Below the pieces are notes generated by a model. That model worked only from the letters and a program-made list of their open reading frames with translations. It was not told where the DNA came from and searched no databases. Below are positions 6,674 through 15,916 of a stretch of DNA of 20,000 nt, piece after piece. The first letter of the stretch is position 1; each line of letters opens with the position of its first letter. Origin of the DNA: an uncultured virus (IMG/VR IMGVR_UViG_3300033821_000010) (lineage: Duplodnaviria; Heunggongvirae; Uroviricota; Caudoviricetes); the IMG/VR virus record IMGVR_UViG_3300033821_000010, one strand, 5' to 3'. The position numbers and the translations under genes were made by a program.

Positions 6674-7739
6674 TTTGTGCTATTCCAAAGCAGCTTACCG
6701 TTGCGAACTCACCTGTTAATTCTCTGTCGTGTGTAGTCCAGAATTGTAGATGAATTCCATATTTGCCTTGTAACGTTACAGGGCTAGTATATTGTATCCA
6801 AAAAATGTAAGTATCATTATGCAAACCGCGCAAATCACCACCTATGCCAGCAGGACTAGGTGGAGAGATTGAATCTGAATAGTTTATTAAATCCCTAATT
6901 CTTTTCCATTTCGTATTGCTTGGAGGATAGAGAAAAAATTGTCCAGTCTGAGGATTTGGTACATATATACCAGTTTCTATCGAATCTGTCATTACTATAT
7001 CTTTGCTTATCTGAACATAGCAATCAGTTAAAAGTATGTCTTGGTCTGGTGTTGGCATAAGACAAAATGTGCTTCTACCTTCTGTATTAGGTGAATAAAA
7101 GTAAGAAACTGTGATATCTACGCCTACGCCCGGTGGTGTGAAGAACGTAAGCTGGCCCGTTCTATAATCAAGTTCGTAATCTCCATCAATTTCTCCAAAT
7201 GTTCTTTCTTGAACATCTGAACCATTGAGTTTTACTTCAATGGCATAGCTTGTACCACCCTGCCAAGGGAAAGGCACTATCAAATGTTCGTCTGTAAGTT
7301 TTCCATGCGTAGCGTCAATCGCATATTCATGAGCAAGATGAAAGACATTTGTTTGACCATCACCCGCGCCTAAAAATTCATCTACTACTCTAACGGCTTT
7401 GCTATACCAAGTTGTTCTGTCACAATAATCATGGCTATACATCCATATTCTTGTACCAATGCTTTGCGGTTTTTCAGTCACAAAAGCAGTATTTGCCACA
7501 TTGACCAGCATTGCGCTATCTACAGAAGGAGTATAATCATGGTTTGCAAAAACTGTTTGTAAAGTATTCAAATCATCGGTAGTCAAATCAGCTTTGAAAA
7601 TAACAGATAGTGTATCATCTTTGGTGCTGATACCATATAATGCTATCGTAATAGTTGAAGTCTCTATTTCAGTTTTTAGTTTACTAATATTCAAACCATG
7701 AGGAAAAGTTTGACTTATTGAGTAAGTATACGTTGTCAT
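6660..7739 (-). CDS. putative virion structural protein with DUF2460-like beta domain
   Basis: GAGDGQTNVFHL and DYELDYRTGQLTFFTPPGVGVDITVSY resemble DUF2460/tail-associated motifs; SD AGGAG; follows the fibre genes. Confidence 0.7.
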   Translation of the reverse strand: MTTYTYSISQTFPHGLNISKLKTEIETSTITIALYGISTKDDTLSVIFKADLTTDDLNTLQTVFANHDYTPSVDSAMLVNVANTAFVTEKPQSIGTRIWMYSHDYCDRTTWYSKAVRVVDEFLGAGDGQTNVFHLAHEYAIDATHGKLTDEHLIVPFPWQGGTSYAIEVKLNGSDVQERTFGEIDGDYELDYRTGQLTFFTPPGVGVDITVSYFYSPNTEGRSTFCLMPTPDQDILLTDCYVQISKDIVMTDSIETGIYVPNPQTGQFFLYPPSNTKWKRIRDLINYSDSISPPSPAGIGGDLRGLHNDTYIFWIQYTSPVTLQGKYGIHLQFWTTHDRELTGEFATVSCFGIAQNATS

Positions 7740-7754
7740 ATTTCTCTCCTGACC

Positions 7755-10700
7755 TTATACAGTATTTTCTTGTAAATAAAGCATTGCGTTTTCTAATTTA
7801 CTAGCCAATGTTGCGTTGATTGAAGCTCCTCCAGAAGTATACCATTGTATATAAACAGTATGTGCTCCTGCTGCTAGACCAGTTGCTTGATACACTATTG
7901 TACTATTTATAGCTATACCACTACTATAGAAATAGATATTAGTTCCTTTGAGTATTGTTGCAGTACCATCAATAGACAAACCAAATGTGTTTGTACTTCT
8001 TGAACTTGTATTAGAACTAGATGCAGTGAAGACTATCAACAATGTTGTACCTGCACTCGTCGTGATTGATTGTGACATTAAAGTTACATAAGAAGTGCTG
8101 CTTGTGGTATTATTTCCAGTGATATTGTTTACTACTGTTTGTTTAATAGATTGTATACCTTGTACTCCCGTAAAACCTTGTACTCCCGTAGAACCTTGTA
8201 CTCCTGCACCTGTTAAACCTTGATAGCCTTGGAAACCACGTGGGCCTTGTACTCCCGTAGAACCTTGTACTCCCGTAGAACCCTGTACTCCTGCGCCAGT
8301 TAAACCTTGAACGCCTGTAAAACCTTGCGCGCCTTTTGTTCCTTGTGTTCCAGTAAATCCCTGAACACCAGCGCCAGTTAAACCTTGTGGCCCAACAAAA
8401 CCTTGAACACCAGTAAAACCTTGGACACCTGTTGACGCAAGTGATATAACATCAATACTGATATCTTCACCATAAATTGTATTAGCACCAGTAAGACGTA
8501 TCCATTGCAATTTAACAGTATATGTTCCCGGCGCTTTCTTTGTCGAACTTCTAAATGATGCAGAGAATGTTCGTTCAAGGTCATCGTATGGTTCTTCAAC
8601 GACAGCATCACCATTTTCGTTATCAATAACTACTCTCATGCTTACTTCAGAACCAGCACCAGCAGCACTAGTAGTAAGAACTATAGTACCTATTGCAAAA
8701 ATATATCCTGTTGCTGTCGTTGTAATATCTACAGTGGCATTAGGAATATCTATCCAAGATGCGGAAGTCAATGTTTGTTGTGTTGCAGAATAATATCGTG
8801 CAGAAACGATTTCACCAGTGCCAACAGGGCCAATTAATCCTTGATAACCTTGTGGGCCTACATTTCCTTGAACACCAATATCTCCAGTATTTCCTTGTGT
8901 TCCTACATTGCCCTGTACTCCCGTATTGCCTGTGAATCCTTGAACACCAGCATTTCCTGTTAAACCTTGTGTGCCAATAAAACCTTGTACTCCCGTAGCT
9001 CCAACATTTCCTTGTACTCCATTAAAACCTTGTACCCCCGTATTTCCTGTATTGCCTGTAAATCCCTGAACACCAGCATTGCCTGTATTGCCAGTCAAAC
9101 CTTGAACTCCTGCATTACCCGTCAAACCTTGTGCGCCCTTGACTCCCTGTACGCCTTGTGTGCCTTGAACTCCTGCATTTCCTGTTAAGCCTTGCGCGCC
9201 AGCAAAACCTTGTATTCCTGTATTGCCAGTCAAACCTTGTACGCCTGTATTTCCTGTTAAACCTTGATTACCAGTAAAACCTTGTACTCCTGTATTTCCT
9301 GTTAAACCTTGAGCACCTGATGCTCCAATATTTCCTTGAGTGCCTGTGAAGCCCTGAACACCAACATTTCCTGTTAGACCTTGTACTCCCGTATTTCCTG
9401 TACTGCCAGTAAATCCCTGCACACCAGCGTTGCCAGTAAATCCTTGTACGCCAACATTGCCTGTGCTACCAACTTGACCTTGATATCCCTGTACGCCTGT
9501 ATTTCCTGTTAAACCTTGATTACCAGCTACGCCTTGAACACCGGCATTGCCTGTAAAACCTTGAACTCCTGTATTGCCCATCAAACCTTGTGTACCTACA
9601 GCACCTTGGAATCCTAAGCCTTGAATTCCTTGTGGACCAGCAACACCTTGATTACCTGTGGCACCCGCTACAGCTTCGATATTGCAATTGGCATAAACAA
9701 TGGTAATATTTGTACCAGAAGATGTTAGATTAGCAGCGCGAACAGTAAAAATATCACCAGAATTTACACCTGCAATAACTCCAGTGATTGCTACCACGTT
9801 ATATTCTGTAGAAACACCCATTCTTGTTTGAGCAAGATGGTCAGGAATTTGATTTCCATTTTTGTATATGCCAAAAACCAAATCTTGTGAATTTGTATTA
9901 CAACTAACCGAGAGCGAACAATTAGTAATATATGTTCCCGTTGTATTGCAAGTTAAAGCATTTGTGGCATAGGAAAAACCTGAATTATCGCCAGCAGACC
10001 ATCCAGTAATTATATAGTAGTTTCCAACAGTGGTTAATGTTTGTGAAGTAGAATTGTTATCAATTACCATCTCACCAAAAGCTGCTGACCCCGGTACTGC
10101 TGGAGTACCTTGATTTCCCTGAACACCTGTAGCTCCTTGGAAACCTAAACCTTGAATCCCTTGTGAACCAGCAACGCCCTGAACTCCATTATTTCCTTGA
10201 GTACCAACATTGCCTGTTGACCCTTGGGCACCTACACTTCCTGTATTTCCTGTACTGCCTGTAAATCCCTGAACTCCTGCATTCCCTGTTAAACCTTGAA
10301 CACCTGCATTCCCTGTAAATCCTTGGGCACCTACATTTCCTTGTACGCCTATATTGCCAGTCAAACCTTGAACACCTGTACTACCAATATTTCCTTGGGC
10401 ACCTACATTTCCTTGTACGCCTATATTGCCTGTAAATCCCTGAACTCCTGCATTCCCTGTTAAACCTTGAACACCTGATGCTCCCATATTTCCTTGCGTA
10501 CCTACATTTCCTTGAACGCCTGTATTACCTGTAAATCCTTGTACCCCCGTATTACCGATATTGCCTTGAACACCACTATGTCCTTGTGGACCCGGTACTG
10601 TTGAAGCATCACCAGTATAGCCTTGCGCTCCTACATTTCCTTGTGGGCCTGTGTCTCCAATATTTCCTTGAAATCCAATACTACCTTGTGAACCAACAAA

Positions 10701-10931
10701 TCCTTGAATTCCATCAATGCCTTGAACTCCATCTATGCCTTGTGCGCCTTCCGGTCCTTGTGGCCCCATCAATATTACATTGACTGAAATAGGATTGTCA
10801 GTCTTGCGATACCAATTACCATTGTAAATCACCATTGAGCCTTCTGGTGCATCTACAGGGTATATCGTAGGGTCTTGGTCTACAACTATAGCCAAGAGAC
10901 TACCAAGGTCTGTTGAACCAATTATCGCCAT
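7755..10931 (-). CDS. collagen-like fibre protein with three Gly-X-Y segments and three globular beta domains
   Basis: 1058 aa; GXY tracts at ~10100-10766, ~8815-9665 and ~8150-8430 dominated by GVQ-G[F/L]T-GN[T/A]; each is followed by a ~130-145-aa beta-rich domain. Confidence 0.9.
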   Translation of the reverse strand: MAIIGSTDLGSLLAIVVDQDPTIYPVDAPEGSMVIYNGNWYRKTDNPISVNVILMGPQGPEGAQGIDGVQGIDGIQGFVGSQGSIGFQGNIGDTGPQGNVGAQGYTGDASTVPGPQGHSGVQGNIGNTGVQGFTGNTGVQGNVGTQGNMGASGVQGLTGNAGVQGFTGNIGVQGNVGAQGNIGSTGVQGLTGNIGVQGNVGAQGFTGNAGVQGLTGNAGVQGFTGSTGNTGSVGAQGSTGNVGTQGNNGVQGVAGSQGIQGLGFQGATGVQGNQGTPAVPGSAAFGEMVIDNNSTSQTLTTVGNYYIITGWSAGDNSGFSYATNALTCNTTGTYITNCSLSVSCNTNSQDLVFGIYKNGNQIPDHLAQTRMGVSTEYNVVAITGVIAGVNSGDIFTVRAANLTSSGTNITIVYANCNIEAVAGATGNQGVAGPQGIQGLGFQGAVGTQGLMGNTGVQGFTGNAGVQGVAGNQGLTGNTGVQGYQGQVGSTGNVGVQGFTGNAGVQGFTGSTGNTGVQGLTGNVGVQGFTGTQGNIGASGAQGLTGNTGVQGFTGNQGLTGNTGVQGLTGNTGIQGFAGAQGLTGNAGVQGTQGVQGVKGAQGLTGNAGVQGLTGNTGNAGVQGFTGNTGNTGVQGFNGVQGNVGATGVQGFIGTQGLTGNAGVQGFTGNTGVQGNVGTQGNTGDIGVQGNVGPQGYQGLIGPVGTGEIVSARYYSATQQTLTSASWIDIPNATVDITTTATGYIFAIGTIVLTTSAAGAGSEVSMRVVIDNENGDAVVEEPYDDLERTFSASFRSSTKKAPGTYTVKLQWIRLTGANTIYGEDISIDVISLASTGVQGFTGVQGFVGPQGLTGAGVQGFTGTQGTKGAQGFTGVQGLTGAGVQGSTGVQGSTGVQGPRGFQGYQGLTGAGVQGSTGVQGFTGVQGIQSIKQTVVNNITGNNTTSSTSYVTLMSQSITTSAGTTLLIVFTASSSNTSSRSTNTFGLSIDGTATILKGTNIYFYSSGIAINSTIVYQATGLAAGAHTVYIQWYTSGGASINATLASKLENAMLYLQENTV
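8150..10766 (-). repeat. 27-bp/9-bp coding repeats of the collagen tracts
   Basis: Recurrent ccttg... units; exact duplications at 10321-10358/10393-10430 (38 bp) and 10256-10306/10427-10477 (51 bp). Confidence 0.85.
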
Positions 10932-10957
10932 CGTGTTCTAAACTCCATATACACTTA

Positions 10958-10972
10958 TTACATCGCTCAATA
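10958..10972 (-). promoter_or_regulatory. conserved upstream motif TATTGAGCGATGTAA
   Basis: 14/15 identical to the motif at 11484-11498; 26 nt upstream of ATG 10931. Confidence 0.45.
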
Positions 10973-10981
10973 AGACAGATT

Positions 10982-11464
10982 CTATGGTGCAATAGTCGTT
11001 CTATATCTGCATGTCCAACTTACATTGTTTCCGTTCGCTCCAGTCACTAATATAACAACATCATTATTGACTACTCCAAATGTTACGTCATATCCCGAAC
11101 TACCATCTGTACGTGTTAAAGAAGTATCTATAGTATTCTGCAAAGACGGTACAGCAGCCCCAATACGATAATATAAAGCGCGTCTCACATATCCGGCTCT
11201 TGCGTTTCCATTCGTTTGTTTTGCCGTTATTGTTGCTTCAATTACTAAAGAACTGTCTTCAGGTAAAATAATGGTTGCAATTGCTTTTTGAGCATTGGTA
11301 CTTGTTGTGGTCTTAACAATGTCTTCCAATGCAGCGTCAATGCCCTTCAAATGGGCAGACACCATATCTGTTGATTCGGATGCTACTGGCTCTGGTACAT
11401 AATTGACCGGGCTATAATAGTTAGAGTTAATCCTAGTAGCAGTTTGACGACCTTTTAAAGCCAT
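10982..11464 (-). CDS. putative fibre-associated virion protein
   Basis: 160 aa; the N-terminal ~45 aa (KGRQ.AT...ESTD.VSAHLKGID.AL) is homologous to the N-terminus of 11507..13189; beta-rich C-terminal domain. Confidence 0.8.
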   Translation of the reverse strand: MALKGRQTATRINSNYYSPVNYVPEPVASESTDMVSAHLKGIDAALEDIVKTTTSTNAQKAIATIILPEDSSLVIEATITAKQTNGNARAGYVRRALYYRIGAAVPSLQNTIDTSLTRTDGSSGYDVTFGVVNNDVVILVTGANGNNVSWTCRYRTTIAP

Positions 11465-11483
11465 AAATTGTCTCCATCGTTCT

Positions 11484-11498
11484 TTACATGGCTCAATA
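11484..11498 (-). promoter_or_regulatory. conserved upstream motif TATTGAGCCATGTAA
   Basis: 14/15 identical to the motif at 10958-10972; 19 nt upstream of ATG 11464. Confidence 0.45.
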
Positions 11499-11506
11499 TA
11501 AAAAAA

Positions 11507-13189
11507 TTATTTATTCAAAGCACTCTGCCAAAAGCTATTATTGCGCATAGCTTGCTCTTCTGTATACTCGGCAAATCTCTGTGTGCATCCCTTTCTGATT
11601 CCATAAATAGTCACTCTTAAGTTAAAATCGTCCACCGGTATGTTTTTGTCTATCTCCAACTTAATATTTTCACCTTCTACCCACACTTTTGAATATCCCA
11701 ACCCTGTGTCATCTGAGGTTGCTGCTGTGACTCTTATTGTTTCTACTTCACACGCTTCTATAAACTTTGGGTCAATTGGTATTTTAGTAGTTATCTTAGC
11801 TACTCGTGCTTCTACTATATCAAAGAACCAAACTTGTGGTGCTTCTGCGCAATATAAACCTAACCATTTATCTTGAATTTGAACAATGCATGATTTTCCT
11901 GATGGTCCTGTCGGGCCTGTCGCACCTATTCCTGTTGCCCCCGTTGCGCCTGTTGCCCCTGTTGGCCCCGGTACAGTTGAATCTGCTCCTGTCGGCCCTA
12001 ATGGTCCTGCATCTCCTGTCGGTCCTAAATTTCCTGTTGGACCGATTACCATTGAATCTGCGCCTGTTGCCCCTATTGCTCCTGTTGGTCCTGTTGCGCT
12101 CGGTCCTGTCGCCCCCAACGGTCCTGTCGGGCCTGTAGCTCCATCACGAATTACTATTGTGTTGATTAACGTTCCATCAGCAAAAAAGAATACATCGTAA
12201 ACACCGGGGCTTTGTTGTTCATAAGAAGATGTCATTACTGGTGAATGACCAGTATCACCTGTTTGTCCATCTAATCCATCTTGTCCTGGGTCACCTTGTG
12301 GTCCTCTCGGTCCAGCTACTGTTGAAGCTTCACCCTGTTCTCCTTGGCTTCCTTGCGCGCCTTGCGGACCTGTCGCTCCTACATTTCCATTTAATCCTGC
12401 GTCACCTTTATCGCCTTTTGTTCCGTCCGGTCCTGCTGGCCCTCTATCACCTTTTGGCCCTGCTATTCCATCAAGACCAATATCACCTTTTGGACCTTGC
12501 GGGCCTTCTGGTCCTTGAACACCTTGCGAACCTGTTGGCCCTCCAAATTCTCCTTGCGGGCCTTGAGAACCTGTCGCTCCTACCGCTCCTGTTGGCCCAC
12601 CCGCTGGCCCTGTTACACCATCTATTCCTTGCGGGCCTTGCAATCCTTGACTTCCAATTCCTGTTGGCCCTATTGGTCCTGCTTCGCCATAATCACCTTT
12701 TGGTCCTATCATTCCGCCAGGACTCACAGCACTACTATTAAGAATTGTTGTTCCAGCAATGGCAGCACCGGGATAATCAAGATTTTTCAATTCAACGCTT
12801 GTTGGTGACAATATATCAATGACTTGGTAATAGTTTCCATCATAGATATAGATGATTTGGTTATACGCCATCCAAGCTGTTTCTACCACACTTATTGTTA
12901 CGTTTTCTCCTGAATTTGGCTGCATGTAATCAGCCATAGTTGTAGTAAAAGCATTGATACCTTCTGTTCCTGCTGCACCTGTTGGACCTGTCGGGCCTCC
13001 AAATGCTCCTTGCGGGCCTTGTGGACCTGTAGCGCCCGGTCCAGTAGGCAGAGCACCTAAAGCATTATCTATACCTTTTAGATGTGCTGAAACTCTATCA
13101 GTAGATTCTGAATAGCTAGGACTTGGCGTGTAGTGGCTTGGGCTTGGATAACTAGAAGAAACCTTAGTAGCTGCCTGTCTACCTTTCAT
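11507..13189 (-). CDS. collagen-like fibre protein (GPT/GAT/GPQ-rich)
   Basis: 560 aa; interrupted GXY tracts; the C-terminal domain LYCAEAPQVWFFD...IDPKF...IRKG..RF resembles C-termini of phage tail/fibre proteins; SD GGAG. Confidence 0.9.
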   Translation of the reverse strand: MKGRQAATKVSSSYPSPSHYTPSPSYSESTDRVSAHLKGIDNALGALPTGPGATGPQGPQGAFGGPTGPTGAAGTEGINAFTTTMADYMQPNSGENVTISVVETAWMAYNQIIYIYDGNYYQVIDILSPTSVELKNLDYPGAAIAGTTILNSSAVSPGGMIGPKGDYGEAGPIGPTGIGSQGLQGPQGIDGVTGPAGGPTGAVGATGSQGPQGEFGGPTGSQGVQGPEGPQGPKGDIGLDGIAGPKGDRGPAGPDGTKGDKGDAGLNGNVGATGPQGAQGSQGEQGEASTVAGPRGPQGDPGQDGLDGQTGDTGHSPVMTSSYEQQSPGVYDVFFFADGTLINTIVIRDGATGPTGPLGATGPSATGPTGAIGATGADSMVIGPTGNLGPTGDAGPLGPTGADSTVPGPTGATGATGATGIGATGPTGPSGKSCIVQIQDKWLGLYCAEAPQVWFFDIVEARVAKITTKIPIDPKFIEACEVETIRVTAATSDDTGLGYSKVWVEGENIKLEIDKNIPVDDFNLRVTIYGIRKGCTQRFAEYTEEQAMRNNSFWQSALNK

Positions 13190-13322
13190 AGAACTTCTCC
13201 ATGTACAATGGCATTTTCATTTCAGCCACGTCATAACTTGCAAAATATAAAAAAAGTATATCAGTGCTCTTTCATAAAGTTAGAAGAGTCAATACATATT
13301 GAGTTTATATGTTTTAAAATAG

Positions 13323-13861
13323 TTACTCGCGGTTCCATTCAAAACAAGCAATAAGCAATGATAAGTCTCCACCGCCACGATATTTTAATCCTAAGCTTTT
13401 GATTTCGTCACTGTCCAATTGCTCTGGTGTATTTCGTGTTTGTTTTCGTGCTCTTTTAACGGAGCCTCAAAATAAACAATTCCATCTTTAACGACATTGA
13501 CGGGAATAGTTATCACACCACGCGGAAACAGGCTCATCAGCCTCTTCAACAAAACAGTAGCTTCGTCTTTGCTAAAGTGTTCTATTACGTCGGCAGCTAT
13601 CACCAAATCTATTTTGCTTTTGAGCAATTCATATTCGAAGTCTTTCGCATTACACAAGAAAATTGTTTTGTAGTAATCAAGTTGGTCAGTAATGTATTTT
13701 GGATAAATCTCAATACCATAAATGTTGGCTTCAGGATTTTTACTCTTAATAAATTTGCCATAAAATCCATAGCCAATACCAATATCAAGCACGTTGTTCG
13801 CTGGTTTTTCGACTATTACCTTGGTAGCAATTTCACGTATTTTAGGGTCAGAAATTGGCAT
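13323..13861 (-). CDS. class I SAM-dependent methyltransferase with an apparent 1-nt frameshift near the 3' end
   Basis: Motif I VLDIGIGYG, acidic GIEI, DLVIAADVIEH. The ORF as given stops at 13391, but a -1 shift at ~13410 gives HQSNWTVDEIKSLGLKY...CFEWNRE* ending at 13323. Confidence 0.8.
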
Positions 13862-13875
13862 GATATCTCCAAAGA

Positions 13876-14757
13876 CTATGCTTTTTCAAGAGGATAGAGT
13901 TGTTCTGCACAAATTTTTTCAACAGTCTTCTTCACCAAACAAAAACAATAATTCTGTATCAAATCAGTATTGAGGATACGATGGTCCATGTGATTATACT
14001 CGCCAGCACGATAACGAATTTTAGAAAAGAATTGTGTAGTATGAAAAGCATGTATGTGATAATCGTTTGAACTAATCGGGTCGCTGGACATACTCATACA
14101 ATCTAAACCACCAAGATACATACCATTAGCAAAACTTTTTATCGCTGCAAGTTCACCGGCATACATCGTCAGAACACCTCTATACCAATTAGGCCAAGTT
14201 CCTTCCTCTTGGAATTCGTTATCTAGGAGATGTTGAGATATTTTGAACTGTTCTTTGCTGTATGCTATGACTTCCTTTGATGTATACAAAATCGTTGAGC
14301 CTATATTGTGTATAAAATAGTGTTTGATGTTTAGTTTTTGTGCTACTTCTATCAGTTTTTGTGCAACCGTCTGATTATGCACATAGTAGCCAACTCCAAA
14401 CATCGGTAAACGTGGTTTAACCGTAAGAATGTTTTTGGTTAGAAAAACGTCATTATCGGTTCTCAAACAATACTCATAACTACCAACTAAATCTTTTGCT
14501 TCCGGTGTAGTGAGATAATATACTGAATTGATAAATTTGTGTTCTTTCCATTTTTCATCAATTTCGTGATAAGGTTTCAAAGGAACGTGAATCACACCGG
14601 GTCCAGAAGGCAGATTTTTTGCATTCGGATGGTGAAAGCAAATCAAATCAGATACTTCAAAACAGCGCGTATGAACCCAACTCTTAAATAACCACCATAG
14701 CTCCTCTTGTAGTATTGCGTTGTCATCGGTATAAGTCGTAATGGCAAGATGCTTCAT
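13876..14757 (-). CDS. putative GT-A fold (DxD) glycosyltransferase-like protein
   Basis: LRTDNDVFL DxD motif after a beta strand, C-terminal HIH; flanked by a GT-B enzyme and a methyltransferase; SD GAGG. Confidence 0.65.
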   Translation of the reverse strand: MKHLAITTYTDDNAILQEELWWLFKSWVHTRCFEVSDLICFHHPNAKNLPSGPGVIHVPLKPYHEIDEKWKEHKFINSVYYLTTPEAKDLVGSYEYCLRTDNDVFLTKNILTVKPRLPMFGVGYYVHNQTVAQKLIEVAQKLNIKHYFIHNIGSTILYTSKEVIAYSKEQFKISQHLLDNEFQEEGTWPNWYRGVLTMYAGELAAIKSFANGMYLGGLDCMSMSSDPISSNDYHIHAFHTTQFFSKIRYRAGEYNHMDHRILNTDLIQNYCFCLVKKTVEKICAEQLYPLEKA

Positions 14758-14780
14758 AGTTTCCTCAAATCTAATATTGT

Positions 14781-15884
14781 TTACAGCACCTTCATTATTC
14801 CTGCTTCCATCTTCTTAACAGCATCTTCTAACTTGAACTTCTCAGCCAACTTACGAGATTTGGCGCGTATTTCTTCTCTATTCTTTTTCAGGTGCTTATA
14901 TATCTGATGCAAGACATTATCGGTATCATAGGGGTCTTCTATCCGGCAATGATACATAGCGCCTTCAGCACCATGTCTCGCCAAAACTGGACAACCACAA
15001 GCTGCTGCTTCAAGGATTGTTCTTGTATCATCACACGAAGGCGTAATCAACAAATCGGCTGTTCTATGTACCGAAGCAATATCAGAATGAACCGTGCAAA
15101 AATCTCCAACGGTGTGTTTTAGTTCTTCACTAACACCATGGACAATACTATTCCAAGGATGGTTCAAATTTGTGACTTCCTCTTGTGGAATAGCATAAAG
15201 ATGAATTCGTGAGCCAGTCTCTTTACAGAATTTTCTTGCACAATGGAGAATCTGAAACGGGTCTTTGAAAGCATTGTAGCGCCAATGGTCGCCAAACGTG
15301 ATATTTAATCCGCCTTCTGAAGCTGGCGTGCGATACGTGATTGTCTTGCCTTCTGTTTTGAAATTTTCAAGATTGCAAAAATGGTTGGACTGAATAACTG
15401 ATTTGAAATATGGTTCAAGATAAGGCGCATGACGTTTCCATAGAGTAATCGCGCCTTTGCACCATTCTTTTTTGCCAATCCATGTAACCAAACTCCAAGG
15501 TCCACCAAAAGGTGTATTCTTAGCCCGTTTTTCTCTCACTTTTTCATCAACATGAACCTCAGTCAACATTTGAGAATAGAAAATGTATTCTGGTATGCCG
15601 TGAGCAAAATAAAAAGTAGGCTTGCTGCCTTCAACTGCACCCGGAATGCCAGTGTGCAAGAAGAACACATCTGCTTTTTTTGCCCACTCAATATCAATAA
15701 TCGGAACGCCACGGTCTTCACCTGTTTTTATAGGCTCGCCGGAACCTGTGACTATCCCGGTTACGTCAATCATTCTAGCATCCCAACTAAGATATTTGTT
15801 TTGCGCCCATGCTACTTCGCGGGTTGTTTCATATAAACCAGAACGGCAAGGAGCCACTTGTACAAAATGGGCTATTTTGAGCAT
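14781..15884 (-). CDS. GT-B fold (GT4-like) glycosyltransferase
   Basis: N-terminal MLKIAHF...SG strand-loop; C-terminal ADLLITPS...ILEAAACGCPVLA; terminal SRKLAEKF helix; SD AGGAG. Confidence 0.85.
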   Translation of the reverse strand: MLKIAHFVQVAPCRSGLYETTREVAWAQNKYLSWDARMIDVTGIVTGSGEPIKTGEDRGVPIIDIEWAKKADVFFLHTGIPGAVEGSKPTFYFAHGIPEYIFYSQMLTEVHVDEKVREKRAKNTPFGGPWSLVTWIGKKEWCKGAITLWKRHAPYLEPYFKSVIQSNHFCNLENFKTEGKTITYRTPASEGGLNITFGDHWRYNAFKDPFQILHCARKFCKETGSRIHLYAIPQEEVTNLNHPWNSIVHGVSEELKHTVGDFCTVHSDIASVHRTADLLITPSCDDTRTILEAAACGCPVLARHGAEGAMYHCRIEDPYDTDNVLHQIYKHLKKNREEIRAKSRKLAEKFKLEDAVKKMEAGIMKVL

Positions 15885-15916
15885 TTCGTTCTCCTAAATA
15901 ATGTCCATAATTGAAT

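Noticed and set aside
108..6736. Plus-strand ORFs in the accessory region (e.g. 1232..1789, 3406..3846)
   Set aside because: They overlap better-supported minus-strand genes and show no motifs or SD sites
7755..8150. Diversity-generating retroelement target in the fibre C-terminus
   Set aside because: No template/variable repeat pair differing at adenines and no reverse transcriptase is visible in the window
11640..12808. Plus-strand ORFs, including the GPVGPVAP pseudo-collagen at 11886..12200
   Set aside because: These are antisense shadows of the GXY codon repeats with no RBS
13323..15884. GT/MTase cluster as a DNA hypermodification system
   Set aside because: Not excluded, but the context is fibre genes, no base-hydroxymethylase or nucleotide-kinase genes are present, and the MTase lacks DNA-MTase DPPY/NPPY/PC motifs
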